From Anaeromyxobacteraceae bacterium (lineage in GTDB: Bacteria; Myxococcota; Myxococcia; Myxococcales; Anaeromyxobacteraceae): 64,000 bases of DNA. The notes beneath the pieces were generated by a model that saw only the letters and a program-made list of their open reading frames with translations, did not search any database and was not told the origin of the DNA. Positions 29,514 through 42,035 of the stretch are shown one piece after another. The translations under genes were made by a program, and so were the position numbers. The stretch's first letter is position 1. Every line of letters starts with the position of its first letter. The DNA is taken from positions 800,001-864,000 of the forward strand of contig JASGHJ010000002.1 in the NCBI GenBank assembly GCA_047602405.1. The letters are read 5' to 3'.

Positions 29514-30566
29514 TCAGCCCTCGCCGGCCTTCGGCGGCGACGGATCCACGGGCTGCGTGACGTCGAGCGGGCGGGGCTCGAGCGGCTCGAGGGGCTCGGG
29601 CGGCGGCGTGGGCTCGACCTGCGCCGGCAGGAGCGGCTCGGTCTGCGCGACGCGCGCGGCCTTCCTCGCGGCCTTCAGCGCCCTCCTCCGCGCGCGGTCG
29701 GCGCCGTCCCACGCGGCGAGCTCCGCGAGCGCGGCGAGGCGCACGGAGCGCCCCCACGCGACCGCGGCGGTCGCGAGCGTCGCGAGCACGAAGCCGGCCA
29801 CCGTCGACCACGCCGGCCAGAGCGGCAGCCGCCCGCGGAGCGCGAGCAGCGCCACCGCGATCGCGAGCGCGAGGCCGGTGCCCACCGCGCCGACGACGAT
29901 CGTCGCCACCGGCCGCCGGACGACCAGCCACGCGCCGGCGACCCAGGCGAGGAACGCGCTCCGCCGGCCGGGATCGGCGGCGAAGTGAGCGCGACCGGCG
30001 TCGAGGGTGAGGTGCGCGAGGAACACCACCGCCGCGGCGGCGGCGAGCGCCACGTACGAGCGCGCGTCGGCGGCCGACTCGAGCGTCACCCGCTTCGCGG
30101 CCTCCCCGCCCGCCTTCATGATGCCCCCCGCGATCGCCGCCGCGACGCCGAGCGGGAGCGCGGCGACGAGGAGCGTACGCACCATCCGGCCCCACAGGTC
30201 GCCGGCGGACGCGAGGAGCCCCCGCATCCGCATCGGCTCCGCCGCGCGCGCCTCGGCGAGCGCGGCGCCCGCGGACCACGGCGCGACGAGGAGCGCGAGC
30301 ACGAGCGCGGCGGCGAGGCCGTAGGTGATGGACCGGGAGAGGTTCTCGGCGTCGAAGAGGACCTCGAGGACCACCGGCGCCGTGAAGCCGCCCTCGAGCG
30401 CCGCGGCCCCGGGCCACGCGTCGAGCTTCTTCGCGAGGTGCGCCCAGAGCGGCGCGACGCCGGCGATCGACGGGAGGAGCGCGAGGCCGGAGAACAGCGC
30501 GAGCACCCGCCACCGGGAGCCGCGCGCGAGGCCGATCCGGAGGAGGCCGGGCAGGGTGGGCTTCAC
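29514..30566 (-). CDS. Multi-pass membrane protein coupled to M1 peptidase
   Basis: GTGA overlap with upstream stop; several hydrophobic segments. Confidence 0.75.
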   Translation of the reverse strand: MKPTLPGLLRIGLARGSRWRVLALFSGLALLPSIAGVAPLWAHLAKKLDAWPGAAALEGGFTAPVVLEVLFDAENLSRSITYGLAAALVLALLVAPWSAGAALAEARAAEPMRMRGLLASAGDLWGRMVRTLLVAALPLGVAAAIAGGIMKAGGEAAKRVTLESAADARSYVALAAAAAVVFLAHLTLDAGRAHFAADPGRRSAFLAWVAGAWLVVRRPVATIVVGAVGTGLALAIAVALLALRGRLPLWPAWSTVAGFVLATLATAAVAWGRSVRLAALAELAAWDGADRARRRALKAARKAARVAQTEPLLPAQVEPTPPPEPLEPLEPRPLDVTQPVDPSPPKAGEG

Positions 30567-32743
30567 AGGGCCTCCACGAGCGAGAGGACGACGCGCAGGA
30601 AGCTCTCGGCCCCGAGCGCGACGCGGGCGGACACGCCGTGGTCCGGCTCGCGGAGGCGCGCGGTCGCGGTGCGGTCCACCTCGAGCTGGAACCCCTTCCC
30701 GGGCGAGAGCGCCGCCTCGCGCACCTTCGTGTCGCGCACGACCTCGACGCGCATCCAGCGCTCGCCGGGCGGCCAGGGCACCCGCTCGGTCGAGCCGTCC
30801 ATGAACGTGAGCACCACGTCCCGCGGGAGGGCCGCGCCGTAGCGGCGGACCTTCACGACCGAGCGCCACTTGAAGGGCCCCGGCTTCTTCTCGTCCGGCG
30901 CGCCGTGCTCCTTCCGCCAGGCCTTGCGCACCTTCGACACCTGCTCGGCGCGCGCCTCGTCCTCGAGCTCCGCGAGCTTCCCGTCCGGGCCGGGCACGAG
31001 CCCGAGCACGGGCAGGACCTCGGCGCTCGCGACGCCCTCCACCCGATCGTCGACGGGCGTCGCCCCGAAGACCTGCTCCTCGAACCAGCGCTCGACGATC
31101 GCGCGGCGCGCGTCGGTGCCGGCGGCGTCGAGGAAGGCCTGGCGGAGGTCGGCGGTGGACGGGTGCCGGTGGTGCCAGCGCTGGTAGTAGAGCTTCATCG
31201 CCGCGGCGGCGGTCTCGTCGCCGATGAGGCCGGCGAGGTCCTGGAAGGCGGTCGCGGTGCGGCCGTAGACCATCCCGTAGCTCCCGCTCGACCAGCGGTG
31301 CCAGGCGTTCCCGGCGATGGTGTCGGCGGGGGTCCGATCGATCGCGCTCGGCCGCTCCGCGAACCAGCCGTCGAGCCGGAAGTCGGTCGCGCCGAGGAGC
31401 TTGAGCGGCGCGGGCGTCTTCATCTCCCACAGCTGGCCGTCGAGCATGCGGTTGTCCCACCACTCGTTGAGCCCCTCGTCGAGGAACGGCTCCTCGAACT
31501 CGTTCGAGGCGAGGAGGCCCATGAAGTACCCGTGCCCGAACTCGTGCACCGCGACGAAGCGGGCCGCGCCCACCGCGTTGAACGGGAAGGCGTTCGTCGC
31601 GGCGCTCGTGAAGAAGGTCTCGTACTCCATCCCGCCCGCCTCGAAGGCGTTGTACGGCGGCACGATCACCGTGACGTGCGGGTACGGGTAGGGCCCGAGG
31701 GTCCTCGAGAAGTAGCCGAGCGCGGCCACGGTCGCGTCGAGCGACTCCTGCGCGGCGGCGGCGTACTCGGGCGCGTAGAAGCACTCGACCTGCACCTCGG
31801 GGCTGCCCGGGCCCCGGTAGGTCGCGACGAGGGGCTTCGGGTAGCCGTCCCAGGCGGTGAAGACGACGTCGTGCACGTCCTCGACCCGGAACCGGTGCGT
31901 GACGAGCCCGTCCTTGCCGGGCTCGGCCGCCCCCTGCCGCACGCCGCTCGCCGCGACCGTGTAGCCGGCCGGCGCGACGACCTCGAGGTCGTACGCGCCG
32001 AAGTCCGCGTAGAACTCGCTGTGCAGGTGGAACTCGTGGCAGTTCCAGCGCGGTCGCGTGGCGCCGCGCTCGCCCGGCAGCTCGAGGACGCCGATCTTCG
32101 GGTACCACTGGCCCACGAGGTGGAAGCGGTCGAAGTAGCCGGTGCGCGCCATCACCCGCGGGAGCTGATCGAAGAAGGCGAGGTCGAGCACCGTGCTCCC
32201 GCCCGGCGGCACGGCCTCCTGGAGGTCCACCCGCACCACGGTGTGGTCGGTCTCGGGGCCGCCGTCCGGGTGCACGAACGTGCGCGCGCACTCCTTCCCG
32301 CCCTGCTTCACCGAGCGGAGCTCGATGCGCCCCCACTCGCCGGCCTCGAGCGAGAGGTCGGTGCGGAAGGCGCCGTAGCGGCGCTTCTCGGTCTGGAAGG
32401 TCGACCCGTCCGACTCGAAGCCGTTCAGGTAGAGGTGGAAGTAGACGCTCTTCACCGGGACGGCGCTGCGGTTCCGCCAGGTGAGCCTCCCCGTGCCGTC
32501 GACGGTGTGCTTCACCGGGTCGAGCACGGCCCGCAGCTGGTAGTCCGCCACGCGCTGCGAGAGCGTCGGCTCCTGCCCGGTCCGCGGGCCGCCCCAGGCG
32601 TCGGGCGCCGACGGCGTGCGCACCGCGCCGGCGTCGGCCCCGACGAGCTCGAGCTCCGGTGCCGTCGAGGGGGGCGGGGCGGAGGACGGAGCGGCCTGGC
32701 CCGCGGCGAGGAGCGCCGCGGCGACGAGCGGGGGGGAGAGCAT
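30563..32743 (-). CDS. M1 family metallopeptidase
   Basis: GGMEY, HEFGH...LDEGLN, signal peptide. Confidence 0.92.
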   Translation of the reverse strand: MLSPPLVAAALLAAGQAAPSSAPPPSTAPELELVGADAGAVRTPSAPDAWGGPRTGQEPTLSQRVADYQLRAVLDPVKHTVDGTGRLTWRNRSAVPVKSVYFHLYLNGFESDGSTFQTEKRRYGAFRTDLSLEAGEWGRIELRSVKQGGKECARTFVHPDGGPETDHTVVRVDLQEAVPPGGSTVLDLAFFDQLPRVMARTGYFDRFHLVGQWYPKIGVLELPGERGATRPRWNCHEFHLHSEFYADFGAYDLEVVAPAGYTVAASGVRQGAAEPGKDGLVTHRFRVEDVHDVVFTAWDGYPKPLVATYRGPGSPEVQVECFYAPEYAAAAQESLDATVAALGYFSRTLGPYPYPHVTVIVPPYNAFEAGGMEYETFFTSAATNAFPFNAVGAARFVAVHEFGHGYFMGLLASNEFEEPFLDEGLNEWWDNRMLDGQLWEMKTPAPLKLLGATDFRLDGWFAERPSAIDRTPADTIAGNAWHRWSSGSYGMVYGRTATAFQDLAGLIGDETAAAAMKLYYQRWHHRHPSTADLRQAFLDAAGTDARRAIVERWFEEQVFGATPVDDRVEGVASAEVLPVLGLVPGPDGKLAELEDEARAEQVSKVRKAWRKEHGAPDEKKPGPFKWRSVVKVRRYGAALPRDVVLTFMDGSTERVPWPPGERWMRVEVVRDTKVREAALSPGKGFQLEVDRTATARLREPDHGVSARVALGAESFLRVVLSLVEAL

Positions 32744-32845
32744 CCCCGATCGTCTAGCAAGGGACGCAGGGCCGGGGAAGCGGGATCCCGGGGAGCCGGG
32801 CTCCTCCGTTCGCCCCGGTCCCGTCGAGGGGCGCGGCGCACGGCG

Positions 32846-33310
32846 TCAGAAGACGCGGGCCGGACCCGGGCCGCGCTCGAAGGAGGCGGCGGCCTCCCGC
32901 GCCTTCTGGCGCGCGAGGGGGAGCGCTGCCTCGACCTCGGCGGACAGGGCCTCGCCCCAGGCGAAGTCGCGCCCGGAGACGGTGACGAGCGCGGCGGGCG
33001 GGACCCGGCCGTGCAGCGCGGAGGCGAGCCCGAGGATCTCCTCGGGCATGAGCGCGTGGATCACGGCCGTGCGGGCGGGCTTCGGGCCGATGCGCGCGAC
33101 GCGCACGTCGCCGGGCCTCCCCTCGACCGAGGCGTCGAGGAACAGCACGCCGTCCGCCGCCGCCACCCGCTCGGCGTGCTCGGGGAGGAGCTCCTGGACC
33201 TCCACGATCTCCACGCCCGGGAGCACGGCCTCGAGCCCGGCCGCCACGGCGCTCCCGGCGCCGTCGTCGGCGCGCACCACGTTGCCCATCGCGATCGCGA
33301 GCAGCTTCAT
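32846..33310 (-). CDS. hoxW: Hydrogenase maturation protease
   Basis: GNVVRADDGAG, LFLDA, directly downstream of hoxH. Confidence 0.88.
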   Translation of the reverse strand: MKLLAIAMGNVVRADDGAGSAVAAGLEAVLPGVEIVEVQELLPEHAERVAAADGVLFLDASVEGRPGDVRVARIGPKPARTAVIHALMPEEILGLASALHGRVPPAALVTVSGRDFAWGEALSAEVEAALPLARQKAREAAASFERGPGPARVF

Positions 33311-33312
33311 CT

Positions 33313-34740
33313 TCAGCGGACCCTCCGGTCGAGGAGCTGCCCCTCGGCGCCCAGGAGCGCCACCTCGAGCGGCATACGCCCGTCGGCGTGCGTGGAGCAG
33401 GAGAGGCACGGGTCGAAGGCGCGGATGCCGGCCTCGACGCGGTTGAGGAGCCCCTCCTCGATGCGGGGCTTGCCCGGGACGATGAAGTGCTTCGCGATCT
33501 GCGCGACCGTGCGGTTCATCGCGAGGTTGTTCTGGCCGGTCGCGATCACGAGGTTGACCTTCGTGAGCAGGCCGCCCCGGGCGACCTCGTAGTCGTGGAA
33601 CAGCGTGCCGCGCGGCGCCTCGCAGGCGCCCACGCCCTGGAGCCGGTTGCGCATCGCGACCGCCTCGACGTCCTCGGAGAGGATGTCGGGCCACTCGAGG
33701 AGCTCCTGGGTGCGCTCCACGGCGTAGAGGATCTCGACGAGCCGGGCGTAGTGGTAGTGGAACGAGGAGAGCACCGCGCCGCGCCCGAGCTGCCGGAACT
33801 CGGCGAGCTCTGCGTCGGCCTTGGGCGTGCCGCAGTAGGTCGCGACGTTGAGGCGCGCCAGCGGTCCGACCCGGTACATGCCGTCCGGGTAGCCCTGCGG
33901 CTTGTAGTACGGCGACTTGAGGTAGCTCTGCTTCTCGCCGGACTCGCCGATCCACTGCGCGTAGTCGGCGGGGTCGACCTGGTCCTGGACGATCTCGCCC
34001 TTCTCGTCGACGAAGCGGAGCTTCCCGTACGTGTGCTCGAGGCCGCCGTCCTCGGTGACCATCCCCATGAACATCGAGGGGAAGTTGCCGAACACGCGCG
34101 CCTCCTCCTGGCGCTCGTCGAGCGTGCGCTTCCAGTAGGCGAGCGTCCGCTCGGCGATGGAGAGCGCCTCGGGGATGCCGTCGCGGATCTTCTGGCGGCC
34201 GGCCTCGGTGAGCGGCGCGGCGACGCCGCCGGGCACCGCCCAGTGCGGGTGGATGCGCTTGCCGCCGAGGACCTCGATGGTCTCCTGGCCCCACTTGCGC
34301 AGCCGCACGCCGTCGCGGGCGACGTCCGGGAACCTCGCCGCGAGGCCGAAGAGGTTCCGGGTGGCGGGCTCGGCGTCGAAGCCGAGGAGGAAGTCCGGCG
34401 AGGAGAGGTGGAAGAACGACAGCGCGTGCGACTGCACGAGCTGGGCGAGGTTCATGATCGAGCGCAGCCGCTTCGCGGTGGGCGGCACGTCGACCGCGAG
34501 GATCGCGTCGGTGGCCTTCGCCGAGGCGAGCAGGTGCGAGACCGGGCAGATGCCGCAGATGCGCGGGGTGATGACCGGCATCTCGCGGAAGCTGCGCCCC
34601 TCGCAGAACTTCTCGAAGCCGCGGAACTCGGTGACGTGGAACTTCGCGTCCTGGACGTCGCCGCGGTCGTCGAGGTGGATGGTGATCTTGGCGTGACCCT
34701 CGATGCGCGTGACGGGGTCGATGACGAGGCGCTGGGCCAT
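33313..34740 (-). CDS. hoxH: Bidirectional NiFe hydrogenase large subunit
   Basis: [29 protein letters not shown] plus cleavable C-terminal extension. Confidence 0.96.
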   Translation of the reverse strand: MAQRLVIDPVTRIEGHAKITIHLDDRGDVQDAKFHVTEFRGFEKFCEGRSFREMPVITPRICGICPVSHLLASAKATDAILAVDVPPTAKRLRSIMNLAQLVQSHALSFFHLSSPDFLLGFDAEPATRNLFGLAARFPDVARDGVRLRKWGQETIEVLGGKRIHPHWAVPGGVAAPLTEAGRQKIRDGIPEALSIAERTLAYWKRTLDERQEEARVFGNFPSMFMGMVTEDGGLEHTYGKLRFVDEKGEIVQDQVDPADYAQWIGESGEKQSYLKSPYYKPQGYPDGMYRVGPLARLNVATYCGTPKADAELAEFRQLGRGAVLSSFHYHYARLVEILYAVERTQELLEWPDILSEDVEAVAMRNRLQGVGACEAPRGTLFHDYEVARGGLLTKVNLVIATGQNNLAMNRTVAQIAKHFIVPGKPRIEEGLLNRVEAGIRAFDPCLSCSTHADGRMPLEVALLGAEGQLLDRRVR

Positions 34741-34742
34741 GG

Positions 34743-35303
34743 CTAGCCGAACCTCACCTTCTGGCCGAGGTCGGGGAGCTTGCCGGCGAGGAGATCGACC
34801 ACCGCCGCGTGGATGAGGTCGGGGTGGGTCGGGCAGCCGGGCAGGAACGCGTCGACCTTCACGACCTGGTGCACCGGCAGCACCCGGTCGAGCAGCTTCG
34901 GCACGATGCCGGGCTCCTCCGGGATGCCGGGGTTCACGTCCACCGCGTCCTTGTAGGCGCGCTCGAGCACCGGCAGCGCGGAGCCCAGCGCGTTGCGGAT
35001 GGCGGTCACGTTCCCGTTCACCGCGCAGTCGCCGAAGGAGACCAGCACCTTCGTGGCCTTGCGGATCACGTGGATGAGGTGGAGGTGCTCCTCGTTGCAG
35101 ATGGCGCCCTCCACGAGCGTCACGTCCACCTTGTCGGGGAACTTCTTCGCGTCGGCGATGGGGCTGTAGACGAGGTCCACCTGGTCGGCGAGCGCGAGCA
35201 GCCGCTCGTCCATGTCGAGGAAGGACATGTGGCAGCCGGAGCAGCCGCCCATCCAGACCGTCGCCACCCGCGCCTTGGTCGGCAGGGTTTTCACCGGATC
35301 CAC
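34743..35303 (-). CDS. hoxY: Bidirectional hydrogenase small subunit
   Basis: [19 protein letters not shown]. Confidence 0.93.
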   Translation of the reverse strand: MDPVKTLPTKARVATVWMGGCSGCHMSFLDMDERLLALADQVDLVYSPIADAKKFPDKVDVTLVEGAICNEEHLHLIHVIRKATKVLVSFGDCAVNGNVTAIRNALGSALPVLERAYKDAVDVNPGIPEEPGIVPKLLDRVLPVHQVVKVDAFLPGCPTHPDLIHAAVVDLLAGKLPDLGQKVRFG

Positions 35304-36003
35304 TGCTTCTTCTCCCGCGCGTTACGGATGTAGGTGAGGAAGTCGCGCCGCTTCTCCATGCCGGTCGCGGCCGTGGCCTTCTCGAAGAGCGCGCCGGTGG
35401 GGCAGACGTTCACGCACTTGCCGCAGCTCGTGCAGGACTGCGCGTTGCCCCAGGGCTGCGCGAGGTCGGTGATGACGCGGGTGTTCGCCCCGCGCGAGGC
35501 GAGGTCCCAGGTGTGCGCCCCCTCGATCTCGTCGCACACCCGCACGCAGCGCGTGCAGAGGATGCAGCGGCCGTGGTCGAGGATGAAGCGCGGGTGCGAG
35601 ACGTCCATCTCGGTCTGCGGGTGCTGGTACTCGAACCGGACCGAGTCCATCCCGACCGAGTACGCCGCCTGCTGCAGCTCGCACTCGCCGTTCGCGGTGC
35701 AGATGGCGCAGACGTGGTTCCGCTCGGCGAAGAGCAGCTCCACGATCTCACGGCGGTACTTCTGGAGCCGCGGCGAGGAGGTGGTGACCTCCATGCCCTC
35801 CTCGGCGCGGGTGACGCACGCGGGGAGGAGCTTGTTCGAGCCCTTCACCTCGACGAGGCACAGCCGGCAGGCGCCGATGTCGCCGAGGCCGTCGAGGTGG
35901 CAGAGGGTGGGCAAGGGGACGTCGTGCTCGCGGCAGACCTGCAGGAGCGTCTCCTCCTCGCGGGCGGAGACCTGCTTGCCGTTCACGGTGAGGGTCTTGA
36001 CCG

Positions 36004-36007
<4 letters not shown>
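35291..36007 (-). CDS. hoxU: Bidirectional hydrogenase diaphorase Fe-S subunit
   Basis: [34 protein letters not shown]. Confidence 0.94.
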
Positions 36008-37679
<1,672 letters not shown>

Positions 37680-37683
<4 letters not shown>

Positions 37684-38183
37684 GTCGCGGTCCACTCCCT
37701 CGTGCGCTTCAGGACCGTCTCCTTCGTCTGCTTCCCGGAGACCTCGGAGTCGAAGACCACCGCCGGCGCGATGCCGCACGCGCCGACGCAGCGGGCGACC
37801 ACGACGGAGACCTTCCCGTCCGCGGTGGTGCCGCCGGCCTTCACCCCGTGCGCGTGCTCGACCGCGCCGAGGATCTCGCCCGCGCCCTTCACGAAGCAGG
37901 CGGTGCCCATGCACACGGTGCAGGTGTGCTCGCCCTTCGGCTTCAGCGAGAACAGGTTGTAGAAGGTGGCGACGCCGTAGACCCGGGAGAGCGGGAGCGC
38001 GAGCGCCCGCCCGACGTAGACCAGCACGTCATCGGAGAGGAACCCGAAGAGCTCCTGGGCGCCGTGAAGCACCTCGAGGAGCGCGTCGGGCTGGTGCTGG
38101 TGACGCCGGATCTGGGCGTCGAGCATCTTGAACCGCTTGTCGCCGCTGGGATGGCCCTGCGCGACGCGAGCCGGAGCCGACAT
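37680..38183 (-). CDS. hoxE: Bidirectional hydrogenase 2Fe-2S subunit (NuoE-like)
   Basis: [23 protein letters not shown]. Confidence 0.93.
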
Positions 38184-38292
38184 GCGGCGACCGTACACCT
38201 GGACCCGGCGTGCGTCACGCGCAGTGCCTGCGCGCGGCAAAGTGGCCGAGCGAGGCGCGCAAAATTCGCGCGCCTCCCTTCGGCCTGCGCCG

Positions 38293-39084
38293 TCAGGTCT
38301 TCGGATGCTCCGGCTCCACCAGGTGGAAGTGGCAGGCGTTGCAGTCCATCTTCGAGCGCGCGTCGTCGCGGGCCGCACCCTGGGTGTGGCAGCTGCCGCA
38401 CTGCGAGGCGGCGCTCGCCGGCACGACCGGGAGCGCGCGGCCGGCGAGCTGCGCGTTGAGGAGCTCGGTCGTCCGCCGCGCGACCGACGCCACGAGCGCG
38501 CCGCAGCGGTGGACCCGCGCCGGGTCGTCCGCCTTCTTGCCGGTCGCGGCGCACCAGCGCGCGATGGACACGTGGCAGAGCGGCGAGCCCGCGACGGTCT
38601 GCGTCGCGGCGGTCGACGAGGTGAGCTGGACGTTCGGGAGCGGCTCGCGCTCGTACCAGGCGAAGAGCGAGTCGACGACCGGGCCGGGCTCCTTCGAGAG
38701 CAGGTGGATCGCCGCCGCCGCGCCGTTGAGCGCGCCGCACACGGTGCCCCAGCCCCCGATCCCCTCGGCGCCGTACGCCATCACGTCGAAGGGGAAGTTG
38801 TGGTAGCGGCCGCCGAGCTTGTCGGCGGCGCTGCCGACGAGGGCCTCGAAGGTGCCGTACATGCACTTCTTGTGGTCGAAGCCCTTGAAGGCGCGGAAGG
38901 CGACCTGGTCCGGCTCGAGCTTCGCGTACGGCCACGGCACCGACCTGAACTTCTCGTCCTCCTCCGCACTCGACTTGCGCACCGCCGCCACCGCCGCGGT
39001 GGCGCCGCCCCCCACCACCATCACGCCCGCAACGCCCGCGAAGATCCGCCCGAAGTTCCTGCGACCCGTGACGACGTCGAACAT
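38293..39084 (-). CDS. Tat-exported split-Soret cytochrome c-like (C-GCAxxG-C-C) protein with two extra CxxCH motifs
   Basis: GRRNF twin-arginine signal, CMYGTF, WGTVCGALNG, CHVS, RCG, CGSCH, CNACH. Confidence 0.8.
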   Translation of the reverse strand: MFDVVTGRRNFGRIFAGVAGVMVVGGGATAAVAAVRKSSAEEDEKFRSVPWPYAKLEPDQVAFRAFKGFDHKKCMYGTFEALVGSAADKLGGRYHNFPFDVMAYGAEGIGGWGTVCGALNGAAAAIHLLSKEPGPVVDSLFAWYEREPLPNVQLTSSTAATQTVAGSPLCHVSIARWCAATGKKADDPARVHRCGALVASVARRTTELLNAQLAGRALPVVPASAASQCGSCHTQGAARDDARSKMDCNACHFHLVEPEHPKT

Positions 39085-39168
39085 GGTTTGACCTCCCGTC
39101 TTCGCAGCGTAGGTCCGCCGCGCGAGGAGGGTGCCCGGGCCGTCCGTCGCAGCCCCATGGCGGTCGGG

Positions 39169-40413
39169 TCAATCCGCCGCGCCCGAAGGCTCGCCCCGCG
39201 CGACGAACGCCGCCGCGGCGAGGTCGCCCATGACGTTCACGGTCGTGCGGCACATGTCGAGGAGCCGGTCCACGCCGAGGACGAGCCCCACGCCCTCCAC
39301 CGGCACGCCGATGATCCCGAGGATCATGGCGATGAACGGGATGGACGCGGTGGGGATGCCCGCCGTGCCGATGCCGGCGAGGACGCAGAGCGACATCGCC
39401 ACGATCTGCTGGCCCACCGTGAGGTCCACCCCGTACACCTGGGCGAGGAACAGCACGGTGACGCCCTCGAAGAGCGCGCTGCCGTTCTGGTTCATCGCCG
39501 AGCCCGCGGTCAGCACGAAGCGGGAGACCCGGCGCGGCAGCCGCAGGTTCTCCTCCGCCACCCGGAGCGCGGTCGGCAGGGTCGCCGACGACGAGGCCGT
39601 CGAGAACGCGGTGAGCATCGCGAGGCGCGAGCCCTGGAAGAAGAACCGCGGGCTCATCCCGCCGAGGTACTTCACCGACAGCGAGTAGACGCCGAAGAGG
39701 TGCAGCGCGAGCCCGCCGATCACCACGAGCACGTACAGCAGCACCGGCTTCACGACCGCGAGCCCGAGCCGCGAGGTCATCACGAAGAGCAGGCAGCCCA
39801 CCCCGAGCGGCGCGAGCTTGAGGACGATGGAGATGACGGTCATCGAGACGTCGTAGACGCCCTGCAGCACCTCGCGGAGCTTCCGCGCCGGCTCGCCGTC
39901 GGTGAGGGCGAGGGCGATGCCGAAGAAGAGCGCGAAGAAGATGAGCCCGACGTAGTCGCCGGTCGCGGCGGCCTTCACCGGGTTGTCGGGCACGAGGGCG
40001 AGCACGAACGCGCCCACCGTGTCGCCCGCCGGCGCGGCCACCGGCTTCACCGCGCCGCCCGCCTCGCGGGCGAGCCGCCGCACCTCGTCCGGCAGGCCAC
40101 GGCCCGGGCCGACGACGTCGACCAGCACGAGGCCGATGACGACCGCGATGGCCGACACCACCACCGTGTAGCCGAGCATCTTCGCGCCCATCCGGCCGAG
40201 CTGCCTCAGCTCGAGCTCGGACACGCCCAGGACCAGCGCCGAGAAGAGCATCGGCACCACGATCATGAAGAGGAGCCGGATGAAGAGCTGCCCGATGGGC
40301 TGCGCCAGGTCCTTCGCGAGCGTCTCGACCCAGGCGGCGCCGGGGGCGAGCAGGTTGGCGGCCACGCCCAGGGCGGCCCCGAGGACCACCGCGACGATCA
40401 TCTTCCGGTGCAT
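39169..40413 (-). CDS. Dicarboxylate/amino acid:cation symporter (DAACS)
   Basis: AFSTASSSATLP, MNQNGSALFE, GVDRLLDMCRTTVNVMGD. Confidence 0.95.
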   Translation of the reverse strand: MHRKMIVAVVLGAALGVAANLLAPGAAWVETLAKDLAQPIGQLFIRLLFMIVVPMLFSALVLGVSELELRQLGRMGAKMLGYTVVVSAIAVVIGLVLVDVVGPGRGLPDEVRRLAREAGGAVKPVAAPAGDTVGAFVLALVPDNPVKAAATGDYVGLIFFALFFGIALALTDGEPARKLREVLQGVYDVSMTVISIVLKLAPLGVGCLLFVMTSRLGLAVVKPVLLYVLVVIGGLALHLFGVYSLSVKYLGGMSPRFFFQGSRLAMLTAFSTASSSATLPTALRVAEENLRLPRRVSRFVLTAGSAMNQNGSALFEGVTVLFLAQVYGVDLTVGQQIVAMSLCVLAGIGTAGIPTASIPFIAMILGIIGVPVEGVGLVLGVDRLLDMCRTTVNVMGDLAAAAFVARGEPSGAAD

Positions 40414-40439
40414 CCGCGGTCCTTAGCGCGGCGGGCGAC

Positions 40440-42035
40440 CTAGCGCCAGGCCCCCGCGCGCGCGTAGACCACCGCGAGCGGGACCTCGTCGACGTAGAAC
40501 CCCGCCACCGGCCGGTCGGAGCGGAGCGCCGCGAGCGCGCGGTACTCCGCGTCGCGGTTCGCGCCGTCGAGCGGCACCACCGCGAGGTCGGCCTCCTCCG
40601 CGTCCGGCACGATCGCGAGGTCGCTGCGCACGAGCCCGGCGCGGGTCCACGCCCGCACCGCCTCGGGCGCGACGCCCAGGAACGCGACCTTCGCGCCGGG
40701 CCTCGCCCGGAGCGCGAGCGCCTCGAGGACCCCGGCCGCGCCCTCGCCGCCGGCCTGCCGCGGCAGGCCGCGCGTGGCGGCCCCGGTCGCGCCGCCGGCG
40801 AGCTCGTTCCAGGCCGCGCCGCCGGGCGCGTCCCGCACGGCGGCGAGCCCGGCCGGCGCGAGCGTCGCCGCGAGCACGAGCGCGAGGGCCGCGCGCGGCG
40901 CGGCGGGCCAGGCCGCGTGCGTGGCGACGTCGGCGGCGCGGGCGCCCAGGAGGGCGAGGAAGGGCAGGGCGGGGAGCACCGGCGCGACGCCCGGCCCGCC
41001 CGGCGCGAGGCCGAGCGCGGCCCCGGCGAGCGGCGCGGCGGCGAGCGCGAGGAGGAGCGCGTCGTCGGAGGCGACGGCGGGGTGTCCGCCGCGGCCCGTG
41101 AGCGCCCGCGCGGCGCGCAGGGCCGCGATCGTGGCGCCGGCAACGTAGAGGAGGAGGAGCGCCGCCGGCACCGTGAGCCCCACGAGCGCCAGCGCCGCGA
41201 GCGGGCCGCCCACCGCGCCGAGCGAGGGCGCGGCGCCCGCGCCGAGGGCCGAGAGCGCGCGCAGGAGGGGCGAGGGCCAGAGCGCGGGGGAGGCGGCGAC
41301 CGCGAGCGGCAGCCCGAGGGCGAGCATCGCGGCGAGCGCCACGGGCACGCCGTGCAGCCGGGCCTCGAGGCCCTCCGCGGCCGCCTCGGGGTGCGGCCTC
41401 GCCACGCGCCCGAGCACCGCGGCGCCCGCCGCGTGCAGCGCGAGCGCCGGCAGGAGCACGAGGAGGTCGATCCGCACCGCGACGGCGAGCCCGAACGCCA
41501 CGCCCGCCACCGCGGCGCTGCGCAGCCGGGCCACGCGCGACTGCGCGCCGGCGGCGGTGCGGTAGCCCCACGCGGTCGCGAGCGCGAGGGCGGTCGCGGC
41601 GAGGTCGGGCCCGGCGGCGAGCCCCGCCGCGAGGTGGCGCGGCGCGACCCAGAAGAGCGCGGGCGCGACGAGCGCGCCGGGGCGCCCGGCCACGGTCCGC
41701 CCGAGCGCGGCGAGGAACAGCGTGAGCAGGGCGCCCGCGAGCGCGGTCGCGAGGCGGCCGGCGCGGACCTCACCGGCGGCGGGCCCGGCGACGGCGACGC
41801 CGGCGCCGGTCAGCGCGTCGCCCAGCCCGGCGGGCGCGGCGTGATCGGGGAGGGCACCCCGCGTGGCGAGCGCGGTCCAGGCCGCGGCCGCGGCGCGCCC
41901 GCGCGCGATCGCCTCGCCCTCCGGGCGGGAGACCCACGGGTGGCCACAGAGGGCGGCGAGCGCGACGAAGGCGGCGAGGCCGAGGGCGAGGGGCGCGGCC
42001 CCGGAGGTCGCGAAGGCGAGGGCGCGGCGCTTCAC
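40440..42035 (-). CDS. Glycosyltransferase family 39-like integral membrane protein
   Basis: Many TM segments, WNELAGG..GA..RGL motif; family call tentative. Confidence 0.55.
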   Translation of the reverse strand: MKRRALAFATSGAAPLALGLAAFVALAALCGHPWVSRPEGEAIARGRAAAAAWTALATRGALPDHAAPAGLGDALTGAGVAVAGPAAGEVRAGRLATALAGALLTLFLAALGRTVAGRPGALVAPALFWVAPRHLAAGLAAGPDLAATALALATAWGYRTAAGAQSRVARLRSAAVAGVAFGLAVAVRIDLLVLLPALALHAAGAAVLGRVARPHPEAAAEGLEARLHGVPVALAAMLALGLPLAVAASPALWPSPLLRALSALGAGAAPSLGAVGGPLAALALVGLTVPAALLLLYVAGATIAALRAARALTGRGGHPAVASDDALLLALAAAPLAGAALGLAPGGPGVAPVLPALPFLALLGARAADVATHAAWPAAPRAALALVLAATLAPAGLAAVRDAPGGAAWNELAGGATGAATRGLPRQAGGEGAAGVLEALALRARPGAKVAFLGVAPEAVRAWTRAGLVRSDLAIVPDAEEADLAVVPLDGANRDAEYRALAALRSDRPVAGFYVDEVPLAVVYARAGAWR

